In this document: piece by piece, positions 26,301 through 39,223 of the stretch
Layout of the letters: every line of letters starts with the position of its first letter
Numbering within the stretch: position 1 is the first letter of the stretch
Assembly (NCBI GenBank): GCA_051362555.1
Contig: CM120648.1
Coordinates: 7,312,587 to 7,376,586 of the forward strand
Length of the DNA stretch: 64,000 nt
From: Lingula anatina
Lineage: Eukaryota > Animalia > Brachiopoda
Direction of reading: 5' to 3'
Made by a program: the position numbers and the translations under genes
Notes under the pieces: model-generated
Told to the model about the DNA's origin: nothing
Seen by the model: the letters and a program-made list of their open reading frames with translations, nothing else
Databases searched by the model: none

Positions 26301-29300
26301 ATCACATAATTCTGAATTTTCATGTTTTGAACTGCCCCTTGAAGTAAAGGAGAGGCCTTCCTTCAAATTAGTAGATCTTAAAATTCTAACTAAAATTTGG
26401 TGGTGATAATGCTGTTGATAACCCATTCTGTATGTCATAATTTTCTGATTTATGTCCGTACATTTCACAGCTTTGCTGCCTTGTGAAAAGCATTGTGTAC
26501 TAAATATTTCCAGCAATAGCCTGGCACCCTATTCACGAAGGCATGTTTGCCAGTGGAGGATCTGATGGGGCTATACTGTTCTGGCTAGTAGGGTGAGTGG
26601 TTCCCAGGGTGATTATACAGGGCTTGATATAAACTAATTTCATTCACTTGTCCTGTTGTGCAAGCAGGTCTGAAAATCTACTAGCTCTACTCAAAACATT
26701 ATTTTAAAAAATAGTAGTAGGACTTAAATTCTAGTTGTCCGACTGTGGAGAACACTTGTGCCAGCTGGCAAGTTCTGGGGTAACAGCAATAGGTATGTCT
26801 GGCCCTGATTAATTCATCATTTTAATTTCTGGTTTTGTACACTGGCACTTAAAAAAAAAATGGATGTGGTTGATAAGCAAACTGTACGCATTTTGATTGA
26901 AAATAATTAATTTAATAATCTTAAGTTTTCCAGATTCTTACAAAGACCTTAAAACAAGACATGCTGTGAATCTTTTCATGTGTTTGATTTCACATTTTAT
27001 GTGCTTTTCCTCAGGACTGACAAAGAAGTTGGAGGTATGGATGAAGCTCATGATCAGATTATCTGGGACCTGGCCTGGCATCCAATGGGTCATATTCTAG
27101 TATCAGGATCAAACGATCACAGCACGTATGTTGACATCTGACGAAACAATAGTTTTGCTCAGTTTCAAATCCCATGACTCCTCTCTGCTTCTTTATATTT
27201 GCCCGCTTGTTGAATAAGTGCTGCTTTGGTATGGACATTTCACCAAACCATCTATAGTTAAAGAAAGATCTTATCATTGTCTTCCCCCTTTTTTCACATG
27301 CTGTGTTACATGTTCATTTTCATCATATGGGATTGTAATCATGGTAGTTTTGCCTGCAGCTATCATATTTATCCTTGTGATATTGGAAACAGCACAAACC
27401 AAATTTTGATTTGTTCTTTCAGTAAATTCTGGACCAGGAATAGGCCGGGAGACCACATGAGGGACAAGTACAATCTGAACACATTGCCAGTAGGGATGGG
27501 AGAAGATGTTGATTATGGTAGGTTTTCCAAATGAGCTTTTCTTGCAAACCAGTGCCATCTACCACAGTGATTACCCGTTTTAAAGATATGGTATAATTAG
27601 ATTTCATTGTGGTTACCAAAGAGTTAAAAAGACCAAAGCGAAGTAACCAGTGCCATTAAATGCCTGTACCACCTACAAAATCTGTATTTAAAAAAAAAAT
27701 TTCAGACGACATACAGTCTATTGCCAAGATTCCGGGCATGGGACTAGAATATGGAGTTGCTGAACATCTCAAGCCAAAACGTAAGTAATCAGTTTGCAAA
27801 AGTTAGAAATCTTCAAAAAATTGGTAATTGAAATGAAAAACAAATGAATAGAGCTATGTCAAAATTTATCATCAAGATGAGATATAAATTTCTCTCTTCT
27901 CCCCCCTTCCTTTTTTTTTTAGCCCCTGAGGAAGTTATGTCAAAATTGATCATTAAGATAAGAAATAAATCTCTCTCCTCTCCTCTTCCCTTTTTTAGCC
28001 CCTGAGGAAGCCATGCCCTCCATCCCAGGATTGGATTGGAAGGAAGAACAGCAGAGTGCCATCAACAGGCATCATGCCATGCAACAGCAACAAATGGCTA
28101 GTAGGAGAAAACACCCCCAGACACACGCCGTCCCTAAGAAATTTGAGCAGGCTTGGGAGACCAATGTGAACACCCCTGTGGTGGCAGTATCACCTGCCCC
28201 GCCAGAGAAGGCAGCACCCACTCCCACAGAAGGACGTAAGTTGCACTATATTTTGTGTAGTTGCTTTTAGCCAAAGTGCATCTCTGTAAGATTTTGACAC
28301 AAGAAAAAATTCAGTTGTATCAAAATTTCTTTTTTGGGGTGTATGATAATTTTCTAGTATTCTACCAAGTACCAGCTCCAAACAAGCCCTGGAAATATGA
28401 TTTTAGACCAATCTTTTTCATTTATGTCATGCCAGATGAAGAACTACTGTAACATGTGTTCCTTACAATTTGACTTGGTGCAGTCTGTCTCAACTGCTGG
28501 TTTTGTCTTTCAGATTGCCAATACTACTTAGTAGACCTTTGATGAATATGACTTCTGGTTTGTATTCCTTTCATAAGTTTTATTGACTGTACTGTTTTAT
28601 GGCTGGAATTAACCCTTTCCTTCTGTCCATCAGGTCCACCCAGTCTACTGGATATGAATGTCCATGGTCCTCAAAATGGTCCCACAACGCAGGAGACGCC
28701 GTCCAGGTTGGCTGGTCAGTAAATGTTCTTTATGCCCTAGTCATACTCATTAAGCACACAAGGCACTCATAAATACTGTTTATGCCCTTGCCAAACTGTT
28801 CAAGCCCACAGTTTAGATGCACAAGGATGTGGTTGATAAGCAAATTGTAAATGTTTATACCGTAGCCATATCATTCAAGCCCACAACGAACATGAGGTCC
28901 ACAAGGCACTCAGGAATTTTATTTATGCCCTAGTCAAACTGTGTAAGCCCACCGCTAACATCAGGTTTGTGCCATAATCATACTGTTTAGGCCCACTGTG
29001 AGCTTCATCTACAGGGGGCAATTTCTTTGTTATGGAATTGCATACTGCTATGAAATATTACATCGTTGGGTATGGATTTTCATGCTACTTTGACCTTGTC
29101 AAAAACTTCCGACTTTTAGAACCTACACAATATGTGCTTTATTCAGAAAAACAAAATATAATGCCCAGGGGAGCTTATAAGTAGCCATTTCATTCCAGGT
29201 CCTGCAGGTTTGGCATCACCCACAGGAGGGGCACTCACCCCCTCAGGCCACCCCCCAGGAGCTATGGGAGGACCATCCCATGTAGGACCAAATGGGGAAC

Positions 29301-30454
29301 CAGGAATGGATAACAGGGGGTACCCCCCAGGGAATCATCATCCTGGACCACGCCCTCTTGGACCACGCCTACCTGGACCCAGGGGGAGACCAGGTATAGA
29401 GATGAAAAAAAAAAAAACTTAAACGTTGTCTTATTTTTCGCATTTTCATTGACTTTCTTATTGTTAAAAAAAAAAAATTGTCCAAAAAAAGAAAAAATGC
29501 TAGACTATTTGAAAGTTGTTGATTACTAGTGGAAATAACTATAATATATGCTCCCTCATATAAATAACTAAAATGAAATGCAACAGTGAATTCTTGTGCA
29601 TGTGGACTTTTCTCAAATGCTCCTATATGTGATAATATTATTGGTGCACTCCATCTGTTTTAGGTGAACCCAGGCCTCTTTTCCGTGGCCAAGAAGGCCC
29701 ACCCCCACGACAGCTTAGACCCAGGGGAGGAGGTGGCCTGTTAGGGGATGCCCCTCCTAGTCTCATGGAGCCTCAGGAAGAGGAATATGGTGAGGAATAT
29801 TATGGTGAAGAAGATGGCAGTGGGTACATGGAGGAGTACGGCGGGTACGAGGAGGAACAAGGGTACGAGGATGAGACTGCTGAATGTTACCCGGAGGAGG
29901 AGCAGTATGAGGAAGACTATGAGCAGGGATATTATCCAGGGCCTAGGCACTATGAAATGGGCCCTGGTGGTGGCAGAGGTAGGCCAGATTATCGAGGTCG
30001 AGGAAGGCCTTTGAGGGGCAGAGGAGGCCCCCCAGAAAGGGGCTACAGAGGCTCCCCTAATGGCCCCCCAAGGCGTGGGAGAGGGGGATACATGCACCAT
30101 GATGAGGATGAACAGTATGACAGGCGTGACAGGCCCCCCAGTAGAGGGGGCTACATGTCACAACATGGCGATCCCAGTGAAATGGGCGTGGGAAGGAAAA
30201 GAACCTGGGAGGAAGGCCCAGGCGAGGAAATGGGATCGTATGGACCCCCCAGGGGCAGGGGTGGCAGAGGAATGCCCCGAGGTCTTATAGGTGGACCCCC
30301 AGGGAGAGGTGGACCCCCAGGAGGCCGAGGGGGGCCACCACCACCAGGTAGAGGGGGTCCTCCACGTGGCAGGGGTCTTCCCCCTGGGAGAGGTGGGCCG
30401 CCGGGTCGTGGAGGGCCTCCCCGAGGACAGTGGAGAGGTGGGAGAGGGTATTGA
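20335..30454 (+). CDS. WDR33: Pre-mRNA 3'-end processing protein WDR33 (CPSF/mPSF subunit). Coding exons ~20335-20415, 20791-20937, 21249-21317, 21568-21672, 21903-21998, 22504-22655, 24139-24236, 25340-25466, 25990-26144, 26514-26592, 27015-27125, 27423-27517, 27706-27780, 27999-28235, 28634-28714, 29199-29393, 29664-30454
   Basis: [83 protein letters not shown]; WD40 repeats followed by a Pro/Gly, acidic-Tyr and RGG tail. Confidence 0.97.
26618..26807. mobile_element. Small CAGGGC...GCCCTG MITE in a WDR33 intron
   Basis: Termini cagggcttgata / tgtctggccctg; internal repeats cttgtcc/gttgtcc. Confidence 0.5.
28729..28997. repeat. Degenerate minisatellite (~5 copies of tttatgccctagtcatact..aagcccac) in a WDR33 intron
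   Basis: The motif recurs at ~28729, 28779, 28853, 28922 and 28966. Confidence 0.7.
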
Positions 30455-31744
30455 GAGGGCAAGGAAAGGAATTTGGTTTGTTTAAAGGTGCATTTGACAC
30501 TGAGCAGGATCTGTTGAATAGCTGCACTGGTGACTGGAGATATGAGACATTCATGAATACTAAAACATCGGTGACAGGCACTTGGAGAAATGCCTGTGGT
30601 ACTTGGGAAATAAACAGAGTTGTACAATTCAGAGCAGATATGCAATATACAAAGATTTTTTCAAACTTTTCTGGTTCTTCAGACATTGATGGACCTAAGC
30701 TTATTGGCCATTAAATATAAGTATTGAGCTGGACTTCCGTTTTGTGTTGTGAAGTGATGGTCATCTTCACAGTGTTCTCCAGAAATGTCTTTCCCCATAC
30801 TTTCTATTTATTTGAATTTTCTTATGTATTAGTTTAAGAGTTAAGACAGACTAAAACGGACCTTCACTGAGGAGTTTGTACCATTAAGAGCCACTGTGTG
30901 AGATCTTCATTTTTTTCTTTGCTGTATGTTGTTACTTGCTAATCAAATTTTGACACTTATGATTTGACTTCTTTTTCTTTATAAGTAAAATCTTTCTTTA
31001 ATGCAATTGGAAATCAACAAACAGGCGTTTACAAATCTATATATTCTAATTATTTACAAATCAATTTGAGGTAAAAGATGGTGACTAGGAATATTTGTTC
31101 TAGTAATTTCAAACTGGATAGTCATATTGTAAGCCTTCAAGTCAAAGTAGATGTAAAATGGGGCTTATTTAAGACTGAGGTATCAATGCCTAAGACTCTA
31201 TTGTGAAATGTCATCATAAAATTTATTGTAAAGTGTAAATGTGGAAGAATGTTTGTACCAGATTCACTTGATGAAATAAGGGGAATAATACTGACGGCTG
31301 TGTATGTAAAATTATGAAAAAGTTTGTAAATATAATTATGGACATGTATGTCACCTTACTGAAATATATATTTAGCTATGCTTATCTTTGTTCCGAGTCA
31401 TGAAAATGAGGTAAATTGCAGTGGAAGAAAGCTTGTTTTCACATGTAAAGCTGTTTTTCATAACAAATAATATTGTAAAATGTGAAAATTTCCAATGTTT
31501 AAAAATGCAGTAAAATATCATTATTATAAAAAGTGTTCTTCATTTTATTGTTAGTTTGTGTAATCAACATTTTTTCAAATATAAGAACACATGAAGAGAA
31601 AGTGGTTTTTCAGGCTCTGCTCTTTAAGAATATTTAAAAAAGAAAATTAAGGTGAGAATAATTGATTTTGATTCTGAAGCAAAAGCACGGGTACAGTTGA
31701 GCATTATTGATCATCCCAAACAAACCGTACCTACAGCTTCACAA

Positions 31745-31980
31745 AATAAGCCATTGGCTTGTCTTGAAGTGAAAATTAGGTCAGCCAATCAAATCTCAGA
31801 ATTTTGTGTTTGTTTCAAAATGGCCGAGATAGGTGGAAAATTCAACTTTTGTAAGGTAAAAATTTGAAATAAGTCATCGCGTGCAGACGTATTTGGATAT
31901 TTAATGAAAAATTCTAGGAAAAGTCACATTCTTCATTTAACACACAGTGGGTTATAGTTCTTATCCAATGATTGGCTGAT
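31745..31980 (+). promoter_or_regulatory. CCDC150 promoter with CCAAT boxes, CHR-like TTTGAA/TTCAAA and a YY1 motif
   Basis: ATTGG 31753, CCAAT 31786, tttcaaaatggcc 31813, TTTGAA 31863, CCAATgATTGG 31965. Confidence 0.5.
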
Positions 31981-32269
31981 TTGACAAAACTAGTAGTTGT
32001 TCTGTTGTTAATTTTACTACAACCGACTGTCAGATTCTCACACTCGGACTCTTTATACATGTCTGTTTTATTTTTATGCTAATTAAGAATGGGATTGTTG
32101 TATGGGAGGTGGAATCAGAAGCATATGAGTTCCAATACTTGCAGTTACGTCCTGAATATATTGAGTGTTCAAAATATAGAGAGTTCCGTTTTACATTAAT
32201 TTTACAGGACTCCATCTCCAATGAACGAGCGTAACAAATACTAGTAAAGGTGCATGACATACTCAGACT

Positions 32270-33286
32270 ATGTCCCATGCGGCCATTCCTCCCATGCCCC
32301 TGGCTCATGACTCCCCACCGCAGCAGACTTTGGATGTCTTATCACAACGTCTTCAAGCTGCAGAGGAGGATGCCAAGGGGTTGGTCTCTGTTCTGAGAGA
32401 AATGGGAATGAATCCGAATCCAAACAGAGACCACAGAGGGGAGAGGCTGTCATATTACACCCCGAGGATGGCAGATCCTGATATATTGCATAGGTTGGTA
32501 GATTAAGAGATTTTTTTATGCATTTTTGGCAAACTTAACACAAAATGTTTAACTATGATGATTTCATTTGAAAAGAAATATGTGTATGGGTATAACATAT
32601 TTTTCTCTAGGTATAAGATAACATGTTTAATAAACTATGGGATATAGGAATTTATTGATATTCTTTGAAAAGAATTTGAAATTAAGTTTGGAAAGTTACA
32701 TCTTGACAGAGTAGGAAACATTTTTTTTTTCTAGAAATTATGAAACACTCGTAAGCAGGGTTTGCAAGTTAGAGAGCATCATTCAGTCCTTGAGGTTGAA
32801 CATCTGCACCCTGCAGGCAGAGGTTGATTTGAGGAAGAAGGAGACCATTGTTACAGGTAGAATTCAGTCTCAGATAAGTGTACAGTCTCAAAAATGGTGT
32901 AGTTCTGTTATGCTTGACATGAGTTTTTTTTCCTTTTTCTTTTTTTTTTTTTTTGCTGTGTTTTGAAACACTGAATCTATAAGATTGTTTATTGAAAAGC
33001 TGTTTCCTTGATACGTGATGTTTGAAAGCAATTCACATTTTATTATTATTATTATTATTATTGTACCAAATTTTGATTTTGCAGAGGAAAAACTGGCTCA
33101 GTTAAATGAAGTGAATGAGCGTGAATTGAAAAAACTTAACAGGGACTTGGGGAGATGTCGCAAGGAACTAAAAGAAGACAAGGAGGCCAGACTGCAGGCA
33201 GAGGAGGAAGTGAGGAGGCTGCAGGAGGCACTGGAGGTAGCTACCAGCACAAGGGTAAGTGAAGAGAGAGAGAGAGAGAGAATGGG

Positions 33287-33365
<79 letters not shown>

Positions 33366-36300
33366 AGAGAGAGAGAGAGAGATACTGATGAGGAATAGAG
33401 AGAGAAAGAAGGAAGGAAAATTACATGGTGATTAAAAAGCTAAATTCAGTGATGGATCACAGTGTGAATGCATATGTAGCATCATTATTCACTACAGAAA
33501 ACAATCATTTATAAAAAAAAAATGAATTTTAAGTGTTTCAGCGTTCTGTCAGATTTTTGTATATTTGTTAAAAACCTTTTGAATGGCTGAATTTTATTAT
33601 TGCTCCTCTCACAGGCTGACACAGCTAATAAAGTGGAAGATCTCAAGTCCACAAAACAGAAGCTCTCCAGGCAGCTGGCTGGACTGAGAGAAGAGCTGGC
33701 AAGGGAGCAGAATCTGCGCTCCAGTCTGGAGGAATCCCACAATACACTGCTCAGCAGGATACACCAGTTAGAGGAAGTGGTAGAAGCTGAGAGGGGTGAA
33801 GTGAGGCTCTAACTCTCATATTATTTATGCTTGACACTGTGTGTCTTTAACTTTTCAGTCCTCCTTTGGACCTCAGTAACTACTAGACAAGTTTGAATCA
33901 AAATATACAAGCCAGATGATGAAATTTATATATTTGGAAAGTTAATGTAAAACAACCTGTGAAATAGTTAACACTTGTAATTCTTAAGAGGAATATATGT
34001 GTTTTAAAGGCAGAGAAATGTCCAGGAACTGTTCCCCTTTGAGATTGGTCGAAGTCACAGAAAGGCACAAGGAATAAGGGGATATTAAAGATTTTAATCA
34101 CATTATGAAATATAAATGATATATGATATTACCTTTGATAGCATTTTTTTTCTTTGTGTAAGAGTAAAGAGACTGAAGGTCGCGACTACAAGGCAAGACA
34201 ATTTAACTATTCAGTAAATGGCCTTGGTGTCATTACTGAGTCATCAGTTTATTTTTCTGCCATTTCTGCAGGAGACAGTGAAAAAAAAACCTGTTTCACC
34301 AAAGCTTTTTCTTCTCTTTTCAGGTAAAAACCCTGTCCACAGACTGCTCTGTACTGAGACAGGATGGAGCCAGGGCGCGTCAACGTGCACAGGAGGACCA
34401 CCAAGCCAGGATACAACTAGAGGAGCAGCTTAAACTATACAGCATTGAATTAGGTATGGTATGATACAAGATTTACTAAATATACATCTAAATTTAACTT
34501 GGAAAGTGGGGTGGGGGGTGGGGGGAAGGTGTTAAGCCAGATTATGGTTAGAGTACCCTAGGTTCTAGATTCCGGTATTGCCAGCTCGATCTTGATTTCA
34601 TATATAACCCATAGTAGCAATACCAGGCTCTAGCGAACAGTGGCAACTCGGGGGCGTTCTTCTTCAAAATTCTGCCTGGGGCGCTTCCATATTTGGAAGT
34701 CACACGTCACAGCTGTGTCCGCCTGGATCCATATTTGGAAGTCATAAGTCTCGTACGTCACAGGTTTGACCGCCTTGCGCTGCCTTTCCCGCCTTGCGCT
34801 GAAGTCTCGTGCAGGCGAGACAAGAAGTGCCTGACGCGGAGTTAGAAGTTTGAATTGAAAATATCAGTGAAAATGCAGTCGAAGGTCAGTGCCACAAAAC
34901 AAGCAACATTCTGCTGTAAAAACTTATTTTCGTGTAGCCATTGCGCAGTCCTTATAGTGGTATCGGGCATACAGTGTAGCTGTCAAATTTGGCACACGGC
35001 AAGCACATGTATTGTGCACGTGTATATCTCAGGACTAAATGTTCTTTGATAAGCAAAAAATACAAAAACATTGGATATATCTTTTCTTTCCGAAGAATAT
35101 TATTTATTTTTTCACTTAACATCTAAAATACAGCAAATAAAATTAAATAAAGCAGAATTAAATTTGTTTTACGTTTTATTTTGGTCTGATGACATTCAAC
35201 TGCATTTTCACTGCGGAGCAGTTCAATTTGATTGATGGAAAACTTTCATGGCCGCTGGTCTTCAGAGTTAGTAAAAGCGACTCCACCACAAGGTATATTT
35301 AGCAAGCTAGCTTTTACGTTGCTCTGACACTCAGGGTAGGTTAGAGGAGCAGCTTTAACTATATGGCATTGAATTGGATGTGGCATGTTATAAGATTGAC
35401 ACAATATCCATCTAACGTTATCTGATCTGATATTTCAAAACCTCAAAACCATATCACCATCAGTTTTTACTGTTCATTATTTACAATTTTTATTTTCAGA
35501 AAGTAAAAAAGCTAAAATTCAGGCACTTGAAAATGAGAAAGGGCTGATGGTTGGAGAGATGGAGAAGATTAAGATTGGCTACGCAGACCTGAACAAACAA
35601 CTGGAGGGCATGCAGCAGCTATTTGATGACCACAGGGTTAGTTATTAAAGGGATAACAACTCTTCATATGAGATTAAGAATTCCAAAATAAATGCAACAA
35701 CATAATAAAACTCATTTTACCATCAAAATGGTGGCTATCACACTTCAAATCTGTACTTGCCATTGCCACATGGACCTTTGTAGATGGCAACTCTCCGTAG
35801 TAATCTCTTAAAAGATTACTACAAAAACACTTATTTTGAAAAAAAAACAATCGAGTAACTTTTAATAGGGGGCAGATTAATTGACCATTGGTAAATATGT
35901 AACTCTCATATATATCATATCTTTTCTATATTTCTCTACACCTTTTTAGTGTATGTATATTTGCAAACTTTTCTGTCTAGGTCTAATTTTTTCTAATTCA
36001 GGATACCCACATACAGCTAGAACAAGAGAACAGTCAGCTGCACAAAGCTTTAAGTTCAGCTTCAGAGGAAGCAGCCAACCTCAGGGAGCAGTTTGAACAG
36101 CAAATACAGGTAGGTATGACAAGGTTCAGGTAGGTGCGATAAGGTGCAGGTATGTGACAAGTGCAGGTAGGTATGTCAAGGTTCTGGTATTCCAAATATG
36201 ATTGTGAAGAAAGGAGAACTGCAATTCATGTAATTGCTAAGAAACATGCATAAATACAACTGCATTTGAACCTATAGGGGCATTGTGCATGACATCATGA

Positions 36301-37393
36301 GCATGCTCTAAAACCTTACAGACACTTATAATGATTGAATATTGAATGTGTTCATATTATAACGTTTACTATGTATGATTACAGACAGAGAGAGAAGAGT
36401 GGGAAGAAAAGTTTAAAGACCAGTCAGAAGTGGTATTTGTTAAAGAAGAACTCCGGAAGGAGAGAAAAGAAAAGGAGGAGTTGGAGGGAAGAAAGTGAGG
36501 ATTGAAGTGTGTATCTAGACTCAAGAGATTGAAGTCTCCTGATTAATCCAGAAATCTGGACATTAGGATGTTGTATTTTCGTCAACTTCGGCCCAAATGT
36601 GCACATGAAATATAGCATAGGTGTTTAGCTAACTTATTTTAATGTGCATTGAAAGGGTTACCAAATCAGGGTGTAAGTAAGCTCAGCATCTGTGCCCTAT
36701 TTTATGAGTACATTTCGGACAAACATAAGAAATGTAGTCACCAGGTGCACATAAATTTCCAAGTGTACTATGTTTAAAAGAGACAAAATAGCAGAATTAT
36801 CGACCTGCTCAACATACCTCATTTTTGGGAGTTATACCCCTTTGATCTCCTAGGGTCTTGTTTAATTTTGAATTCAACAAAGTACTGGTATGGTATGGTT
36901 TATTTCTTTACAGTGAGCAGCTTCGAAATCAGAACAAAGAACTGAAAAATGAGCTGGACCAGCAGGCTCAGATAGCAGAAGAAGAAATGAAGAAGCTTCA
37001 AGGAAAAATGGAGAATCTACAGAAGACATTAGACAGCTTGGAAAACGAGAAAGATGGTGTGTTAAAAGATAAGGAAAATTTGTTGGAAGAGGTGAGGGGT
37101 TGGCCACTGAATTTTAAAAAAATTGACACAAATAAAATTCAATTTAAATTTTTCTACATTGAATTTGAATTAACTTTGTAAAAAAAACTGTTTGTCTGGT
37201 ACAAAATCATACCTGCTATATGCAGTTTTCTTGTTATCATGTCTGAATATTGTAACTTGATGATTACTGTTATTTACTTTTGCATCTGATCACCCTAACC
37301 CTAACCCTATTTAAATGAATTGAATAGTGATTGAATTACTTTATTACCATTATTATTAAGTTATAGTGTGGTTTGATTTTCCATATTAGGTGA

Positions 37394-37463
<70 letters not shown>

Positions 37464-38238
37464 CCCCAGGTCAACCAGGCAGTGGATGGGATGGCTGAGG
37501 AGAGGACGAGACTGCAGGCAGAGTTACAGCAAGCTCACCTAGAAATCAAGACACTAACACAGGCCAGCCATCAGCTGGAACAAGAGAACACCAGGCTGAT
37601 GGAGAGAATGGGGGCAGTGGAACAACAACAGGTAGAATCGGGTTCTTGAACCATAAAAATTGAAGGTTAAACTAAAAGCCATTTTCCTCTTCTGTGCAAG
37701 ATTTTTAAAATATAACTGTTGCTAAGTTTTTAACTATAAGTTTGTGTAACTTGGTTTTGCCCAACTGAAGTCATTTTCAGCTTGCCATATTCAGTGCAAA
37801 AAGAAAAAAAACTATGGGGATGCTGACATATTCCTTATTTCTGAAATATTCTTTATTCAACTTGAATCTTTTCATAAAAAACATTTCTTATATGCATGAG
37901 TAGCAGAGAAGCATGGATAATGGAGTGGCATGGTATTAGTATGTGTAATAGTATCATTATGTTATGCTATGGTATGGCATCGTTTGGATGCAGTATCTTC
38001 CAATGTAGTAAAACACTTCTCTTTTCTGTTTTTATCCAGCAAGCCCAGCACCAAGTGGACCATGTTATTGCAGAGATGACGGAGCAGAAGAACAAGCTGG
38101 CCTATGAGAAGGGAAAGCTGCAGTCCAAACTGGAGCAGCTGCAGAGAGACATGGAGAGTTTGTCTGGCTCCAAGGCGGAGCTGGCACAGCTCAGGAAGAT
38201 AAACCAGGCTCTGGAGGGAAAATATACCAAGGTTTGTA

Positions 38239-38280
<42 letters not shown>

Positions 38281-39186
38281 CGCATGTGAGTGTGTGTGTC
38301 AGAGAGAGAGAGAGAGAGATTCATTCATGGATAGAAAAGTTAGATTAGTGGGAATAACATACCAACTGAAGGTCTTAGAGTGGGAGTGGGTTAAAAGTGG
38401 ATTGAAATGGGAGAAGGCCCCAAAGAGTTGTTATAAAACTGAGAAAAAAAAACATTTTCAGTGAGAATTTGCATGATGGTTGATAGGTTATAAATCATAT
38501 TAAATGTAAAAAGTCAGATATGAGTACAAAGTACTTTAAAAAAAATTGAGTTAGGATCTACAATTTATAAGACATTTCCTTTATGGTTTTAGCGATAGCT
38601 TATAAATCATATTAATTGTATAAATCTGATTTTAGTACAAAGTAGTTATAAACTGAATTAGGATTTACAATTTATAAGACAACAAAAATAGATGCCTAGA
38701 ATATTTTCTGGCATTAAGAAAAGAAACGTCGCATATTTTCTAAATCTTAAATAATTTTAAGAATTTTGCAATTTCAGGCACAGAATGACCTGGGCAATTG
38801 CAAAATCAGCCTCCAGAGACTAGAGAGTCAGCTGAAGCAGGTGTCTGCTGTGGGCCAGAGGAAGGAGGAGGATTTTGCCCTCGCCATTCAGGCCAGGGAT
38901 GAGGCCATGAAGGAGACACAGAGACTGGCGGCACATATACAGGCACTGGAGGAAAGGGAGAGACAGAAGGTAAGAGATTTGGCCTCATCTGCAAGATAGT
39001 TGTTATTCAATTCAATTCAAAAGGCCTTTTTTGATAAGGAGGGCTTGTTAGCTCTGATGAAAATGCTATCAGAGTTTTAACACGAGTAAAAGAGAAAGAT
39101 AAGTTAACTCTGACAACGTTCTGTTTGAATTGAATTGAATTGATCAGGAAAACAAACACACACACACATTCTGTTTGCAATTTCAA

Positions 39187-39223
<37 letters not shown>

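Noticed and set aside
29741-30686. Antisense and alternate-frame ORFs over the WDR33 last exon
   Set aside because: Shadows of a GC-rich low-complexity coding exon.
37292-37308. CCCTAA telomere-like repeats
   Set aside because: Under three units in an intron; no template-RNA context.
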